Numbered from the stretch's first letter, positions 11,788-22,706 are shown. The stretch is 64,000 bases of DNA from Candidatus Marinacidobacterales bacterium (GCA_965219415.1 CBDCNP010000002.1:5440001-5504000); one strand, 5' to 3'. Notes: generated by a model from the sequence alone, not told the origin. A program made the numbers and translations.

Positions 11788-12495
11788 ATGGAAAAGCCTA
11801 CCTATGGCCTGATCGGCCGCGGGCGTGTGGCCACCCACATGGCCCGCTACCTAGAGCTCGAAGCCCAACCATTTCTTAGCTGGCATCGTGGCGAGGGCGT
11901 GGCGCCCGAGGAGGCGTTGGCGGTCGCCGATATCATGCTTTTGGCGATAAGCGACGATGCTCTGGCGTTGTTCCTTGCCGACCACCCCGAACTCCGAAAC
12001 CGGCCGACAGTGCACTTTTCGGGAAGCCTGACCATCGAGGGTGCCCACGGCCTTCATCCGCTGATGACCTTTGGTCCCGAACCGTACAGCCTTGAGACCT
12101 ACCGGACGGCGCCCTTTGTCGTCGAAGAGGGAGGGCTCGGCTTTCACGAGGTCTTTCCGTCCCTTCGTAACCCCTCGTGGTCGATCGACCCCGAGCTCAA
12201 ACCGCTCTACCACGCGCTCTGCGTTCTCGCGGGCAACTTCACCACCATGCTGTGGGCCAAGGCCTTCGACGATTTCGAGCACCGACTGGATCTGCCGCCC
12301 GAAGTGCTCAAGCCCTACCTGGAGAGGACGAGGCTCAACATCGCCGTTTCCGGCCGTGAAGCCCTCACGGGATCGCTGGCCAGGGGAGACCGACGGACCG
12401 TCGAACGCGATCTCCGGGCCCTCGAAGGAGATCCCTACTACGAGGTCTACCGCGCGTTCATCGGTGCATTCGACGAGCAGGAGGGGGGACAATGA
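11788..12495 (+). CDS. Rossmann-like/DUF2520 protein, probable PanG-type ketopantoate reductase
   Basis: Motifs GLIGRGRVA, HFSGS, HPLMTF, YHALCVLAGN and LTGSLARGD; overlaps the panB start. Confidence 0.75.
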   Translation: MEKPTYGLIGRGRVATHMARYLELEAQPFLSWHRGEGVAPEEALAVADIMLLAISDDALALFLADHPELRNRPTVHFSGSLTIEGAHGLHPLMTFGPEPYSLETYRTAPFVVEEGGLGFHEVFPSLRNPSWSIDPELKPLYHALCVLAGNFTTMLWAKAFDDFEHRLDLPPEVLKPYLERTRLNIAVSGREALTGSLARGDRRTVERDLRALEGDPYYEVYRAFIGAFDEQEGGQ

Positions 12496-13280
12496 TCGTT
12501 CAGAGCTTTGTCGATAAGAAAAGGAAAGGCGTGCCCATCTCGATGGTCACCTGCTATGACAGCTGGAGTGCTGCCCTGATCGCTGAGACCGACATCGACT
12601 GCGTGCTCGTCGGCGACAGCCTGGCAATGGTGGTCTACGGCCACGACACCACCCTGCCGGTGGACATCGACACCATGGCCGCGCACACGGCCGCGGTACA
12701 TCGGGGGATGCCGAAGAAGTTCCTGATAGGAGATATGCCCTTCCTGTCTTACCGAAAGGGGCTGGAGATCGCGATGAGCAACGTCGGCAAGCTCATGAGC
12801 GCAGGCGCCAACGCAGTCAAGCTCGAGGGTGCCAACGGCAACGTCGAACTGGTGCGGCACATCGTCGAGTCTGGGATTCCGGTCATTGGACACCTCGGTC
12901 TGACCCCACAGTCGATCCATCAGTTGGGTGGATTCAAGGTCCAGGCGCGCGATGAGGAGGCGGCCGCCGCCCTGATGGAGCAGGCGCTCGCGCTCGAGCG
13001 AGCTGGGTGCTTCGCGCTGGTGCTCGAAGCGGTCCCGGCGACGGTCGGTGCCGAGGTCACCAGAGCACTGGAGATACCCACCATCGGCATCGGCGCCGGA
13101 CCCGATGTTGGTGGCCAAGTGCTGGTGCTCCAGGATCTGCTCGGTGTCAACACCGCGTTCCGACCCAAGTTCGTCCGCACCTGGATGGACGGAGCGAAGC
13201 TCATCCAGGAGGCTCTCCAGGCCTACCACAACGACGTCACCTCGGGAGCGTTCCCCAACCCTCAAGAGAGCTACAAATGA
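12492..13280 (+). CDS. panB: 3-methyl-2-oxobutanoate hydroxymethyltransferase
   Basis: Motifs MVTCYD, LVGDSLAM, DMPF, AVKLEG, GHLGLTPQS and TIGIGAG. Confidence 0.97.
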   Translation: MIVQSFVDKKRKGVPISMVTCYDSWSAALIAETDIDCVLVGDSLAMVVYGHDTTLPVDIDTMAAHTAAVHRGMPKKFLIGDMPFLSYRKGLEIAMSNVGKLMSAGANAVKLEGANGNVELVRHIVESGIPVIGHLGLTPQSIHQLGGFKVQARDEEAAAALMEQALALERAGCFALVLEAVPATVGAEVTRALEIPTIGIGAGPDVGGQVLVLQDLLGVNTAFRPKFVRTWMDGAKLIQEALQAYHNDVTSGAFPNPQESYK

Positions 13281-14041
13281 TCGAGGTGTTCCGCGACATC
13301 GCCGAGGCGCGCACGAGAATGCGCGAGGTTACCAAGGAGGGCCGATCGATCGGATTGACGCCGACCATGGGTGCGCTCCACGACGGGCATCTGAGCCTGA
13401 TCGAACGAGCGCGGAGCGAGAACGACTGCGTGGTGGTCTCGATCTTCGTCAACTCGACCCAGTACGACGACCCCGCCGACCTCGAGGCCTACCCGAGGAC
13501 TTTCGAGGCCGACCTTCAAAAGGCGGAAAGCGTCGGCGCTGATGTCGTGGTCTTTCCGAGGAGCGAAGTCGTCTATCACGACGACTACCGCTTTCGGGTC
13601 ACCGAGTCGGTCGTCAGCCGCAAGTTCGAGGGCGCCTATCGCGCTGGCCACTTCGACGGTGTGCTAACTGTGGTCCTCAAGCTCTTCGCGATCGTCCGGC
13701 CCGACCGCGCCTACTTCGGAGAGAAGGACTGGCAGCAGTATGTCCTGGTTCGCGACATGGCGGCGGCGTTCTTTCTCGACACGGAGATCGTGCCCTGTCC
13801 GGTGGTGCGCGAACCAGACGGCCTGGCGATGAGTTCACGCAACATCCGCCTCAGCGAGGACGAACGGCAGCTGGCGCCCGAGTTTTATCGCGTGCTATCG
13901 AGTGGCAAAGCTCCGGGAGCCACGCGGGAGGCGCTGGAGCGGGCCGGCTTCGGAGTTGACTATGTCGAACGTTGGGAGGGCCGCGTGCTCGGGGCGGTGC
14001 GCCTTGGAAAGGTGAGGTTGATCGACAATGTCCGGGAGTAG
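13277..14041 (+). CDS. panC: Pantoate-beta-alanine ligase
   Basis: Motifs PTMGALHDGH, SIFVN, GHFDGV, YFGEKD, GLAMSSRN and RLIDN; ATGA overlap with panB. Confidence 0.96.
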   Translation: MIEVFRDIAEARTRMREVTKEGRSIGLTPTMGALHDGHLSLIERARSENDCVVVSIFVNSTQYDDPADLEAYPRTFEADLQKAESVGADVVVFPRSEVVYHDDYRFRVTESVVSRKFEGAYRAGHFDGVLTVVLKLFAIVRPDRAYFGEKDWQQYVLVRDMAAAFFLDTEIVPCPVVREPDGLAMSSRNIRLSEDERQLAPEFYRVLSSGKAPGATREALERAGFGVDYVERWEGRVLGAVRLGKVRLIDNVRE

Positions 14042-14168
14042 AATTCTGCCGCAGATCGTGGGGCCGATGACCGCCTTCAAGACGGCGGCGCTGGCGTCGT
14101 TGCTCGTCGACCAGGACTTCGAAGTGCGCCTGCGTGGCCGACTTGGTCGTCCGCAACAATGCCGGTGA
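14028..14168 (+). pseudogene. Internally deleted coaBC remnant
   Basis: Translates MSGSRILPQIVGPMTAFKTAALASLLVDQDFEVR (CoaC-like N-terminus), followed in another frame by VADLVVRNN (CoaB-like C-terminus). Confidence 0.55.
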
Positions 14169-14180
14169 GGGAGATGCCTC

Positions 14181-14951
14181 GTGAAACTCAGCCTTGATGT
14201 CGGGAACTCTCAGATCTACGGCGGGATATTCGACGACAGTGGTCTTCAGTCGAGATTTCGAAAGATCACCCAGCGCGGCACCTCGTCCGACGAGCTCGGT
14301 CTCTTTTTCAGACAGGTAGTGCGCGAAAATGGGCACGATCCGGCGGCTGTGTCGGCGGTCGGATTCTGTTCGGTGGTGCCCGATCTCAACCACTCGCTGG
14401 TCAACGCCTGCCGCCGATACTTCGACCTCGAGCCCTTTATCCTTCGTGCCGGCCTCAAGATCGGCCTCAAGATCCGCTACAAAAACCCGTCCGAAGTCGG
14501 GGCCGACCGTATCGCGTGCGCCGTCGGCGCGGTCGACCGCTACCCGGGCAAGGATCTGGTCATCATCGACTTCGGCACCGCCACCACCATCGAGGCGATC
14601 AATGCCGAGCGCGAGTACCTCGGCGGCGTCATCGTTCCAGGTCTCAGCATCTCGATGCGCGCTCTCGAACAGAACACCGCCCGCCTTCCAAAGGTAGAGA
14701 TCATCCGTCCCGACCATACCTGCGGGCGTTCGACCGTCGAGAGCATCCAAGCCGGCCTCTTCTGGGGGCATTTGGGGGCGACCCGCGAGATCCGGAACCA
14801 ACTTGTTAAGGAGTGCTTTAGAGCAACCACCCCGGTGGTCGTCGGGACCGGAGGATTCGCCGGTCTCTTCGCCGAGGCCGGTATCTTCAGCGTCGTTCAC
14901 CCGGACCTCGTCCTGGAAGGGGTGCGCATTGCCCAGGAGCGCAACCAATGA
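14181..14951 (+). CDS. coaX: Type III pantothenate kinase
   Basis: Motifs LDVGNS, SVVP, EVGADR, IIDFGTATT, GGVIVPG and TGG. Confidence 0.95.
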   Translation: MKLSLDVGNSQIYGGIFDDSGLQSRFRKITQRGTSSDELGLFFRQVVRENGHDPAAVSAVGFCSVVPDLNHSLVNACRRYFDLEPFILRAGLKIGLKIRYKNPSEVGADRIACAVGAVDRYPGKDLVIIDFGTATTIEAINAEREYLGGVIVPGLSISMRALEQNTARLPKVEIIRPDHTCGRSTVESIQAGLFWGHLGATREIRNQLVKECFRATTPVVVGTGGFAGLFAEAGIFSVVHPDLVLEGVRIAQERNQ

Positions 14952-15047
14952 AGATCGGAAAACTTCTTTCACGCACCGCTGATCGACGCCCCCTAGTGGA
15001 CTGTCTCGCCGACCCGATCGTTGCGAGCTAGGACGCGGCCGTTCGGC

Positions 15048-16134
15048 TGCCTTGGTGCACAACTCCGATAGAGGCCGAGAGCTCGCTTGGCCCCGACTCC
15101 CATCATCCGATCATCTCGCTATCAGGCATCCCGAGCGCCGTCATGGTGTTGAGAATCTTGCACCCGATCCTTGCCTCACCTCTCTGTGCCGCCAACCCTC
15201 TCGCTCGCATCGCTGAGCCCACGATAGCCTTGTAGCGATGGAACGTTGTCTCGACTTTGCTCCGTTTGCTGTAGCCCGATTCTGTGTGCCACTTTCGTTT
15301 GCCGAGCCGAGCTTGTGCTGCAATGTTGCGATTGCGCTGTCGGCTGCTCGCCGGCCCCGATGCGAGCAGGGCGCCCTTGCGCGGCGGTATCAGCACCCTC
15401 GGCGAGCGATGAGCGCTGTGATTCTCGATTGCCTCATAGACGCCGCCGGCGTCGTATGCGGTGTCAGCTCTGGCCGATGAGATGGGACTGTCGATCTGTC
15501 CGACAAGCGATGCAACCCGCGATGAATCGCGGGCTCTTTTGCTCGTCAGCTCGCCGGCGACGACTTCGCCACTCTGCTCGTCGACACACAGATGGAGCTT
15601 GCGATAGTCCCTGCTCTTTTGTGCTCTGCGCAGCTGGCCGGCGTGGACAGCGAGACCGCTGCTGTCGAACAAGATGTGCAACGGCGTCTTCTGCTTGACT
15701 GGGTAGAAGGGGACCTTACCCAGCTTCGGCTTGCGCCTCGAGATCGTGGTGTGATCGGGCACATCACTGTCTAGCTTCATCAGAGCGAACAACGACCGCA
15801 GCAATCCCTCGCTCTGCCTAGATGACAGATGAAACACCATGCCCAGGGTGACAGCCGTCTCGATGGCGTGGTTCGAGTACTTGCGTTGACGGCCCGGTTT
15901 CCTCCTCCTTGGCCGGGGCGCGTCCCAGTTCACAAGCTTGCCGGCGGTGAGCGAGATCCAGACGGTCAGGCTCCCGCGGTTGCGTAGACCCGCCTCATAT
16001 TCACGCCAATTCCTCACGCGATAGGCCTTCTTCACATACTTCCGCTGAGTGCGTTTGAAAATGCTCATGGGGAACCTCGTATCCGCGAGTACAGGACAAT
16101 TGTGGACCGAGATCGAGAGTTGTGCACCAAGGCA
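15048..16134 (-). mobile_element. IS5-family (IS903-like) element, complete (1087 bp)
   Basis: 18-bp TIR tgccttggtgcacaactc at both ends. Confidence 0.92.
15103..16068 (-). CDS. IS5-family transposase
   Basis: Motifs NWREYEAGLRNRGSL, PDHTTISRR, DSSG, RKLHL, ADTAYD and YSKRSKVET. Confidence 0.93.
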   Translation of the reverse strand: MSIFKRTQRKYVKKAYRVRNWREYEAGLRNRGSLTVWISLTAGKLVNWDAPRPRRRKPGRQRKYSNHAIETAVTLGMVFHLSSRQSEGLLRSLFALMKLDSDVPDHTTISRRKPKLGKVPFYPVKQKTPLHILFDSSGLAVHAGQLRRAQKSRDYRKLHLCVDEQSGEVVAGELTSKRARDSSRVASLVGQIDSPISSARADTAYDAGGVYEAIENHSAHRSPRVLIPPRKGALLASGPASSRQRNRNIAAQARLGKRKWHTESGYSKRSKVETTFHRYKAIVGSAMRARGLAAQRGEARIGCKILNTMTALGMPDSEMIG

Positions 16135-16685
16135 CCGTTCTACTGTTCACGGGCGAGTACCTCCTCCGCCTCGCGGTCGCTGAGCACCGAGTGCAGTTTG
16201 TCCGCAGCTTCTTCGGATTGCTCGATCTCCTCGCGATTCTGCCGTTTTATTTGGGGGTCGGCGTCGATCTCCGTGCCGTGCGGACGTTCCGGTTACTGCG
16301 GTTGATTCGGATCCTGAAATTGGCGCGCTACAGTGCCGCCGTTCGTCGGCTGCACCGCGCTGCCATCATCGTGCGCGAGGAACTCGTGCTCTTCCTCAAC
16401 GTCGCCCTGATTTTGATCTTCCTCTCCGCAGTTGGTATCTACTACTTCGAGTCTGGCAGTCAACCGGAACATTTCGCGTCTGTCTTTCACAGCCTCTGGT
16501 GGGCGATCGTGACCCTGACCACGGTCGGCTACGGCGACGTGTTTCCGATTACCATCGGTGGGCGCGTGTTCACCTTCTTCGTCCTCTTCCTCGGGTTGGG
16601 GATCGTCGCCGTGCCGACTGGACTCTTCGCGTCGGCGCTCTCGAAGGCGCGCGAGGAGGAAGAAGACGCGCATGGGCCACATTGA
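16135..16685 (+). pseudogene. Voltage-gated K+ channel (ion transporter), 5'-truncated by IS5
   Basis: S4 segment RTFRLLRLIRILKLAR and filter WWAIVTLTTVGYGD; S1 and most of S2 are missing. Confidence 0.88.
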
Positions 16686-16747
16686 GCGGATAGGCGCCCC
16701 GGCGTCTCCAAGATTCAGACCGAGTGTCACCCCCGGTCCCGGCTACC

Positions 16748-17270
16748 CGTCCTGTCCAAAAACACAAACGAACCCAAGACTTGGCGCGCCGGGCAGTTTC
16801 GATCGTCATCGCCCCGTGGCGAGCCCCAGATCTGGGGTGTGTCGGAGTCAATGTCGGCGATTCGGGTTCCCCGTACGCGCAGGGAAAACACCATCCAGCA
16901 ACGGGATGCCACGCTCCCGGGCGGAGACCTGGCTCCAGGCCCGGGCCGCACCTGGACCAGAACGTGCTAGCCGGCTACGCCGCGGTAGCCCTGGCCTTGA
17001 TTCTGGACTCCTCGGGCGACCTCTTTTCCGACGCTGCACGGCCCTGTCAGCGACCCGCTCCCCCCCTTTGGCGCAAACGTGGCAATCGAAAATCGAGATT
17101 AGAGACCAAAACCGAAAATGAGGCCTCTTCAGCCCTTCTAGCGCGTCTCTGGTGACACCTACCCCTGCCAAACCCCGCCAACCGCGCGAAAAATCTCACC
17201 TGTCTCTGCAGAGCCACAATTTGCCAGACTGGGTGGCGGATGGTGCAGGCTGGAGCCATCCGGTCTCTGT
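16748..17270. repeat. ~500-bp composite non-coding repeat (IS end + recombinase-element terminus); related copies at 40070-40480, 59461-59943 and 61139-61385 (reverse)
   Basis: Shared blocks tcgaaaatcgagattagagacc, gcgcgtctctggtgacacc and gccacaatttgccagactgggtggcg. Confidence 0.8.
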
Positions 17271-17924
17271 GAAAAGTGTATTGCGAGTTTTGCAAGTCTG
17301 ATGGGGCCCTTTCGCCGCGCGCGTGGTGGGGGCAATGTAGAGAAAACTCAGAGAAGCTCTGGTGCCCACGTCGTGCTATCCTCTTGTTCTACAGTTATTT
17401 AAAGCCATCCGTCACGTGCTGGTCCCCGCACGCCTCATCGACGGGTGGTCGTTCGAGCTTATTTGCGAATTGACAGTCAATCCGATTTTCTAGACGGCAA
17501 TCTCAACCTCCTTGACGCCTGAAAGAGGGCCGTGTCGTAAACTCTCCGACGGAAGCTACACTCGTAAGTCATTGTAGTGAAAAGATCTTACGCCTCATCG
17601 ATGGACGCGTCGTCGACGGGAACTCCTTGCCGACTATCGCAGTCGTAAGGCTCAAGTGGGGGCAAGTGGAGCTATTCGGGTCTTGGCAGCAAACAAGCAG
17701 TAACAGTGCAAAACAGGTCATCAAGGTACAATTGGAGGCCATTTCGGGGCTGCATCGAGCGCTAATCGCTCAGCTAATGGGAAGACGCCGTCGTGTCCAA
17801 AAACACAAACGAACTCAAGACCCATACGCCGCCGATATCATCATCAGTAAGGGGCGATGCCGTTCGCCGACTGATGGAGACCAAGAGCGAGCGTGGCAGC
17901 CGCCGTGGGTTCGCTTACAGCGTG

Positions 17925-19183
17925 TGGGCTTGATCCAGTTTCGTGGACACTTTCTGAAAGGCGGATACGATGTCCACAATGGCAAAGACAACGCAGCCCC
18001 GGCGACCCCGCCGGGAGTTTGATGACGAGTTTAAGGCAGGCGCGGTCCGGCTGGTGCTTGATGAGGGCCAGAGCGTGGGTCGGGTGGCCCGGGAGCTTGA
18101 CCTCACCGAATCGGCGTTTCGCAACTGGGTCCGTCAGGCCCGGGCCGATCGGACGAAGGGCCGGACGGGCTTGACGGGCGTGGAACGCGAGGAGCTTCGG
18201 CGGCTCCGCAAAGAGAATCGGCGGTTGCGGGTGGAGCGCGACGTTTTAAAAAAAGCCGCGGCCTTCTTCGCGAAGGAGAGCGAGTAAGATTCGCGTTCAT
18301 CCAGGCGGAGAAGGCCACCGTACCGGTCGTTCACCTGTGTCAGATTCTCAACGTCTCTCGGAGTGGCTTTTATGCCTGGGTACGTCGGCCGCCGTCGGCC
18401 CACGCGCGCCGGGACCGCCAGTTGCGCGTGTTGATTCGTGCCTCCCATGAGGCGAGTCGCCGCACCTATGGGAGTCCGCGGATTTATCACGACCTGCACG
18501 AGCAGGGGTATCGAGTGAGTCGGGAAGCGGGTGATTCGGTTGAAACAGGCAGAAGGCCTCATTGCTCGAGTACGCAAACGCTTCAAGCGCACGACGGTAA
18601 GCGGTCATGGCCAGCCCGTCGCGGCCAATGTGCTCGGGCAAGACTTCGTCGCCGATGCGCCGAACCAACGGTGGGTCGGGGACACGACCGAGTTCGTGAT
18701 CGGCAGCGGCGGGAAGCTTTATCTCGCGGCGCTCCTCGACCTCTACTCGCGATTCCTCGTTGGGTGGGCCGTAAGTGCTATTAACGACCGTCACCTGGTT
18801 ATCAAGGCGTTGCGGATGGCACTGAAACGTCGCCAACCGGCCGCGGGGCTCTTGCATCACTCCGATCAGGGCAGTCCGTATGCCAGCAAAGACTACCAAC
18901 GTCTCCTTGAGACGCATGGCATGACCGGGAGCATGAGCCGACGGGGCAACTGCTACGACAACGCCGTCATCGAGAGCTGGTTCTCCACGGTCAAGCACGA
19001 GCTTGGGGAGCATTTCCTCAAGTTGCGGCGAGGCCAAGATGGCCCTCTTCGACTTCATCGAGGTATTCTACAACCAGAGACGACGACACTCGACCCTCGG
19101 CCAGGTCAGTCCGGCCGAGTTTGAACGACGGATGAGGACTTCGCCAGCTTAACTAAACCGTCTACGAAACCGGATCAAGCCCA
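17925..19183 (+). mobile_element. IS3-family element (orfA 17970-18287; orfB with extra frameshifts)
   Basis: TIRs tgggcttgatcc / ggatcaagccca; A-run slippery site at the end of orfA; motifs WVGDTT, HHSDQGS and CYDNAVIESWF. Confidence 0.9.
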
Positions 19184-19416
19184 CTCCCACAAAGCCGAGC
19201 TTTGAGGACTCTCGCAAAAAGTCGATCCAGCGTTGATTGCGCGGTTTAGAGCTGCCATGCTCGGCTGCTTCGTGCCGGTCGACCCGGCGACGCCACCGGT
19301 GTCTTAGGAACGTGGATAGGTTCGCTCGTGGCAGGTCAGTCATCGTGCTCGTTACGATGGTCCGAGCGTTAGTGCACAGCGGGTGTTAGAATCTTGTAGG
19401 CAGGAGGTACTCGCAA

Positions 19417-22209
19417 ATGCACAGCACGTCATGGCGCTCGGCAGGAGTGCTTCTAGCCGCGGCCGTAATGCTCGTCGTCCTAAGACCGGTACCTGGCATC
19501 GCGGGAGTGCAGGTCGCAGAGCTATCTGGCACGGTCACCGACGTGACCGGCCGCGGGCTGCCCGGTGTCGCTGTTCAGGCGCGACCTGCGGGGAGTGCCG
19601 GTCCAATCAAGACCGCCTCGACCGACAGCACTGGCATGTTCACGCTGAGTGCACTCGAGCCTGGTGCCTACAACGTGACATTCTCACGGCCCGGATTCCG
19701 GGAAGTCATATACGATAGAGTGGAAGTCGGGGCGGATGCTGCGACCATCCTCAATGTCCAAATGGCGCTCGAGTTTGAGGAGCAGGTCGTGGTTGTCGGG
19801 AGCCGCGCTCAGCCTCGGTCGGTGACCGAATCGCCCGTCCCGATTGACGCCATCCCGTTCCAGGATGTCGTCAGCCAGGGTTCGACGACGCTCGATTACC
19901 AGCTGCGGACTCTGATCCCCTCATTCAATGTCGCCACGCACCCGATCAGTGATGCGGCGACGCTGGTACGGCCAGCCAGTCTGCGCAATCTCGCGCACGA
20001 CCATACGCTGGTGCTGGTCAACGGCAAGCGCCGGCACCGCTCGTCGGTCATTGCCTGGTTCGCCGGTGTGACGGATGGGGCGCAGGGGCCGGACATTTCG
20101 ACCATTCCATCGATCGCCCTACGACAGGTGGAGGTGCTGCGCGACGGCGCGTCGGCGCAGTACGGTTCGGACGCCATTGCGGGTGTGATGAACTTCCTGC
20201 TCAAGGATGCCCGCGAGGGGGGCAGCTTCGAGTTCAACACCGGCACCTATCGGGCGGGTGACGGTGATGCGTACACCGTCGCGGGCAACGCCGGACTGCC
20301 TTTCGGAGACACTGGATTCGTCAACCTCAGCTTCGAGTACGGCAACGCCGACCCGACCGACCGCAGCGTGCAGCGCGCCGACGCCGACGCGCTCATCGCC
20401 GCCGGCAACACGGTTGTCGCTGATCCGGCACAGGTTTGGGGCAACCCGCGGATCGAAGACGATTTGAAGCTGTTCGCCAACTTCGGCCATCTGTTCTCCA
20501 ACCGGTTGGAGTTCTACGGCCACGCCAACTACGCCGACAAAAAGGTGACGGAGGGATTTTACTTCCGGAATCCCAACACGCGGCAGAACATCTACACACT
20601 CGACGGCGGACAAACTCTGCTCATCGGCGACGTGCTCAAGGCCAGGGGCATGGGCTCGGCTAACTGTCCCACCGTGAAGATCGCCGACAACGTGCCCGAT
20701 CAGGAGGCGCTGTCGCGTGTGTTCGCCGATGACAACTGCTTCTCGTTCCAAGAGATCGCGCGGGGCGGCTTCACGCCACAGTTCGGCGGCGTCGTCACCG
20801 ACATGTCGGTGCTCGCCGGGCTGCGCCGGGTCGCGGCCAACGGTCTGACCTGGGACGTCAGCGCCAGCTACGGCTCCCACCAGTCGGACTTCTTCTTCAG
20901 GAACACCGTCAACGCGTCGCTCGGCCCGGAGACGCCGCGCGACTTCGACCCCGGACTCTACCGGCAGGAGGACGTGAACTTCAATTTTGACGTCTCCTAT
21001 GCCGCCTCGGACCGCGTCAACTTTGCGGCCGGCGCCGAATGGCGCAACGAGGGCTTCACAGTGGGAGCGGGCGGGCGGCCATCCTGGGAGGTGGGGCCGT
21101 ACGCAGCACAGGGGTTCGTCCCAGCGTCAAACGGCTTCCCCGGATTTGCTGATTACACGGCGGGCACATGGAACCGCGTCAATGTCGCATTCTACGGCGA
21201 CGTGGAACTGCGGGGCGGCGAGGATCGATGGTTGGTCGGCGGTGCCGTTCGGGTCGAGCGCTTCGACATCTTCGGCGCGACGATAAACGGCAAGCTGTCT
21301 GCCCGAATTGGACTAAGCGACATCGTCTCGCTACGGGGCGGCGTGAGCACCGGGTTCCGCGCACCGACGCCGGGCCAGCAGAACACGATCAACGTGCAGA
21401 CGACGCTCAACGAACAACTGGAACTCACCGACAGCGGTACCGTCCCCTCCACGTTCGCAGCGGCGGAGCGCCACGGCGCCGTCCCGCTGCGGCCCGAGAC
21501 ATCGCGAAACGTCACCGCAGGGCTCGTGATCGACAACGGTCCGTTCACGCTGACCGCCGACTACTTCCGCGTTGCTATCGCCGATCGTCTGGCCCTGTCG
21601 GGGCTTATCAGCACCGATGTCGAAGATCGCGCTCTCCTGCTGGCCGATGGCATCACCTCCGCCGAATCGCTGACCCTTTTCCGGTTCTTTATCAACGACT
21701 TCTCCACCCGAACCCAGGGGATCGACATCGTCTCCACCTGGACACCGCCCGTGTTCTCCGGCGCCACGGTAGTCAGCTTCACGATGAATCACACGGATAC
21801 GAAAATGACGGAGGAGTCAGATCTGCTCGGCCCAGGCGATGTGCTCGCCCTTGAGCGGGGCGTGCCCAGGACCCGCTGGAACGTCGCCCTCAACCAGCGC
21901 GTGGGGCGGGTGGGTCTGCTCGGCCGTCTGAATTACTACGGCGACTGGGTGGATCTCTTCGATGCGAGGTTCGTCAGCGGCGTCGATGCGCCGATCCTGA
22001 ATGGGCGCCCCATCGTCGACGTGGAGATCAGCGTTCCGTTGGTCGAAGGAGTGACGCTAGCAGTCGGCGGCCAGAACGTCTTCGACACATTCTCGGACCG
22101 GAACGATCTGCTGGCCGGCGCGCTCGGCGTCCCTTACAGCCAGTTCACGCCGTGGGGCTTTAGCGGCGGGTACTACTACGCCCGCATCAACTACCGCTGG
22201 GGCCGGTAG
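19417..22209 (+). CDS. TonB-dependent receptor with N-terminal carboxypeptidase-regulatory-like domain
   Basis: Signal peptide; EQVVVVGSR, LVLVNGKRRH and EVLRDGASAQYGSDAIAGV; aromatic C-terminal strand YYARINYRW. Confidence 0.93.
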   Translation: MHSTSWRSAGVLLAAAVMLVVLRPVPGIAGVQVAELSGTVTDVTGRGLPGVAVQARPAGSAGPIKTASTDSTGMFTLSALEPGAYNVTFSRPGFREVIYDRVEVGADAATILNVQMALEFEEQVVVVGSRAQPRSVTESPVPIDAIPFQDVVSQGSTTLDYQLRTLIPSFNVATHPISDAATLVRPASLRNLAHDHTLVLVNGKRRHRSSVIAWFAGVTDGAQGPDISTIPSIALRQVEVLRDGASAQYGSDAIAGVMNFLLKDAREGGSFEFNTGTYRAGDGDAYTVAGNAGLPFGDTGFVNLSFEYGNADPTDRSVQRADADALIAAGNTVVADPAQVWGNPRIEDDLKLFANFGHLFSNRLEFYGHANYADKKVTEGFYFRNPNTRQNIYTLDGGQTLLIGDVLKARGMGSANCPTVKIADNVPDQEALSRVFADDNCFSFQEIARGGFTPQFGGVVTDMSVLAGLRRVAANGLTWDVSASYGSHQSDFFFRNTVNASLGPETPRDFDPGLYRQEDVNFNFDVSYAASDRVNFAAGAEWRNEGFTVGAGGRPSWEVGPYAAQGFVPASNGFPGFADYTAGTWNRVNVAFYGDVELRGGEDRWLVGGAVRVERFDIFGATINGKLSARIGLSDIVSLRGGVSTGFRAPTPGQQNTINVQTTLNEQLELTDSGTVPSTFAAAERHGAVPLRPETSRNVTAGLVIDNGPFTLTADYFRVAIADRLALSGLISTDVEDRALLLADGITSAESLTLFRFFINDFSTRTQGIDIVSTWTPPVFSGATVVSFTMNHTDTKMTEESDLLGPGDVLALERGVPRTRWNVALNQRVGRVGLLGRLNYYGDWVDLFDARFVSGVDAPILNGRPIVDVEISVPLVEGVTLAVGGQNVFDTFSDRNDLLAGALGVPYSQFTPWGFSGGYYYARINYRWGR

Positions 22210-22706
22210 GTGGCACAGCCGTTTGGTCAAAATACTCGAAGGCCCATTGGGTCAGCAGTTTGCACCTTTCCAAAGGCTGCTTGAATCCGCCATCGCGGTC
22301 GGATACGTATTCCAGTTCAGCGGAAGGAGCTGCGATGGACTGGAAGACCATGCTGAGGTACATCTCAGGGTCGGTGGATGAGGAGTTGCTCCTGCGCAAC
22401 GAGTATCTTATGGCCGAGAATCGAGTTCTTCGAAATCAGATCCAGGTGTGCTCCGCAAGAAGTCGATCCGGCGTTGATTGCCAAGGCAAGAGAATCTGCT
22501 GCTGTTCCCAGCCAGCGACCAGTTACCTCAGTCCGAGCGCAAGGTGCGCTCCCGTGAACGGCTTGGCGGGTTGCTACGTTTCTACTATCGGGAAGCCGCA
22601 TGAGTATTTTGACCTCACGGGTGCGACATCGACCCCGTCTGGTCAAAATATTCGAACGCCCAGCGGGTCAGCAGTTTGCACCTTTCCAAAGAGGCTGCTT
22701 GAATCC

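Noticed and set aside
13851-15062. 403-aa minus-strand ORF
   Set aside because: Antisense shadow of coaX/panC in GC-rich DNA.
15039-16143. Possible 9-bp TSD of IS5 (ccgttcggc / ccgttctac)
   Set aside because: Only 6 of 9 bases match, and the two flanks belong to unrelated genes.
17228-17270. tRNA-like gggtggcggatggtgcag...
   Set aside because: No complete cloverleaf, T-loop or CCA end visible.
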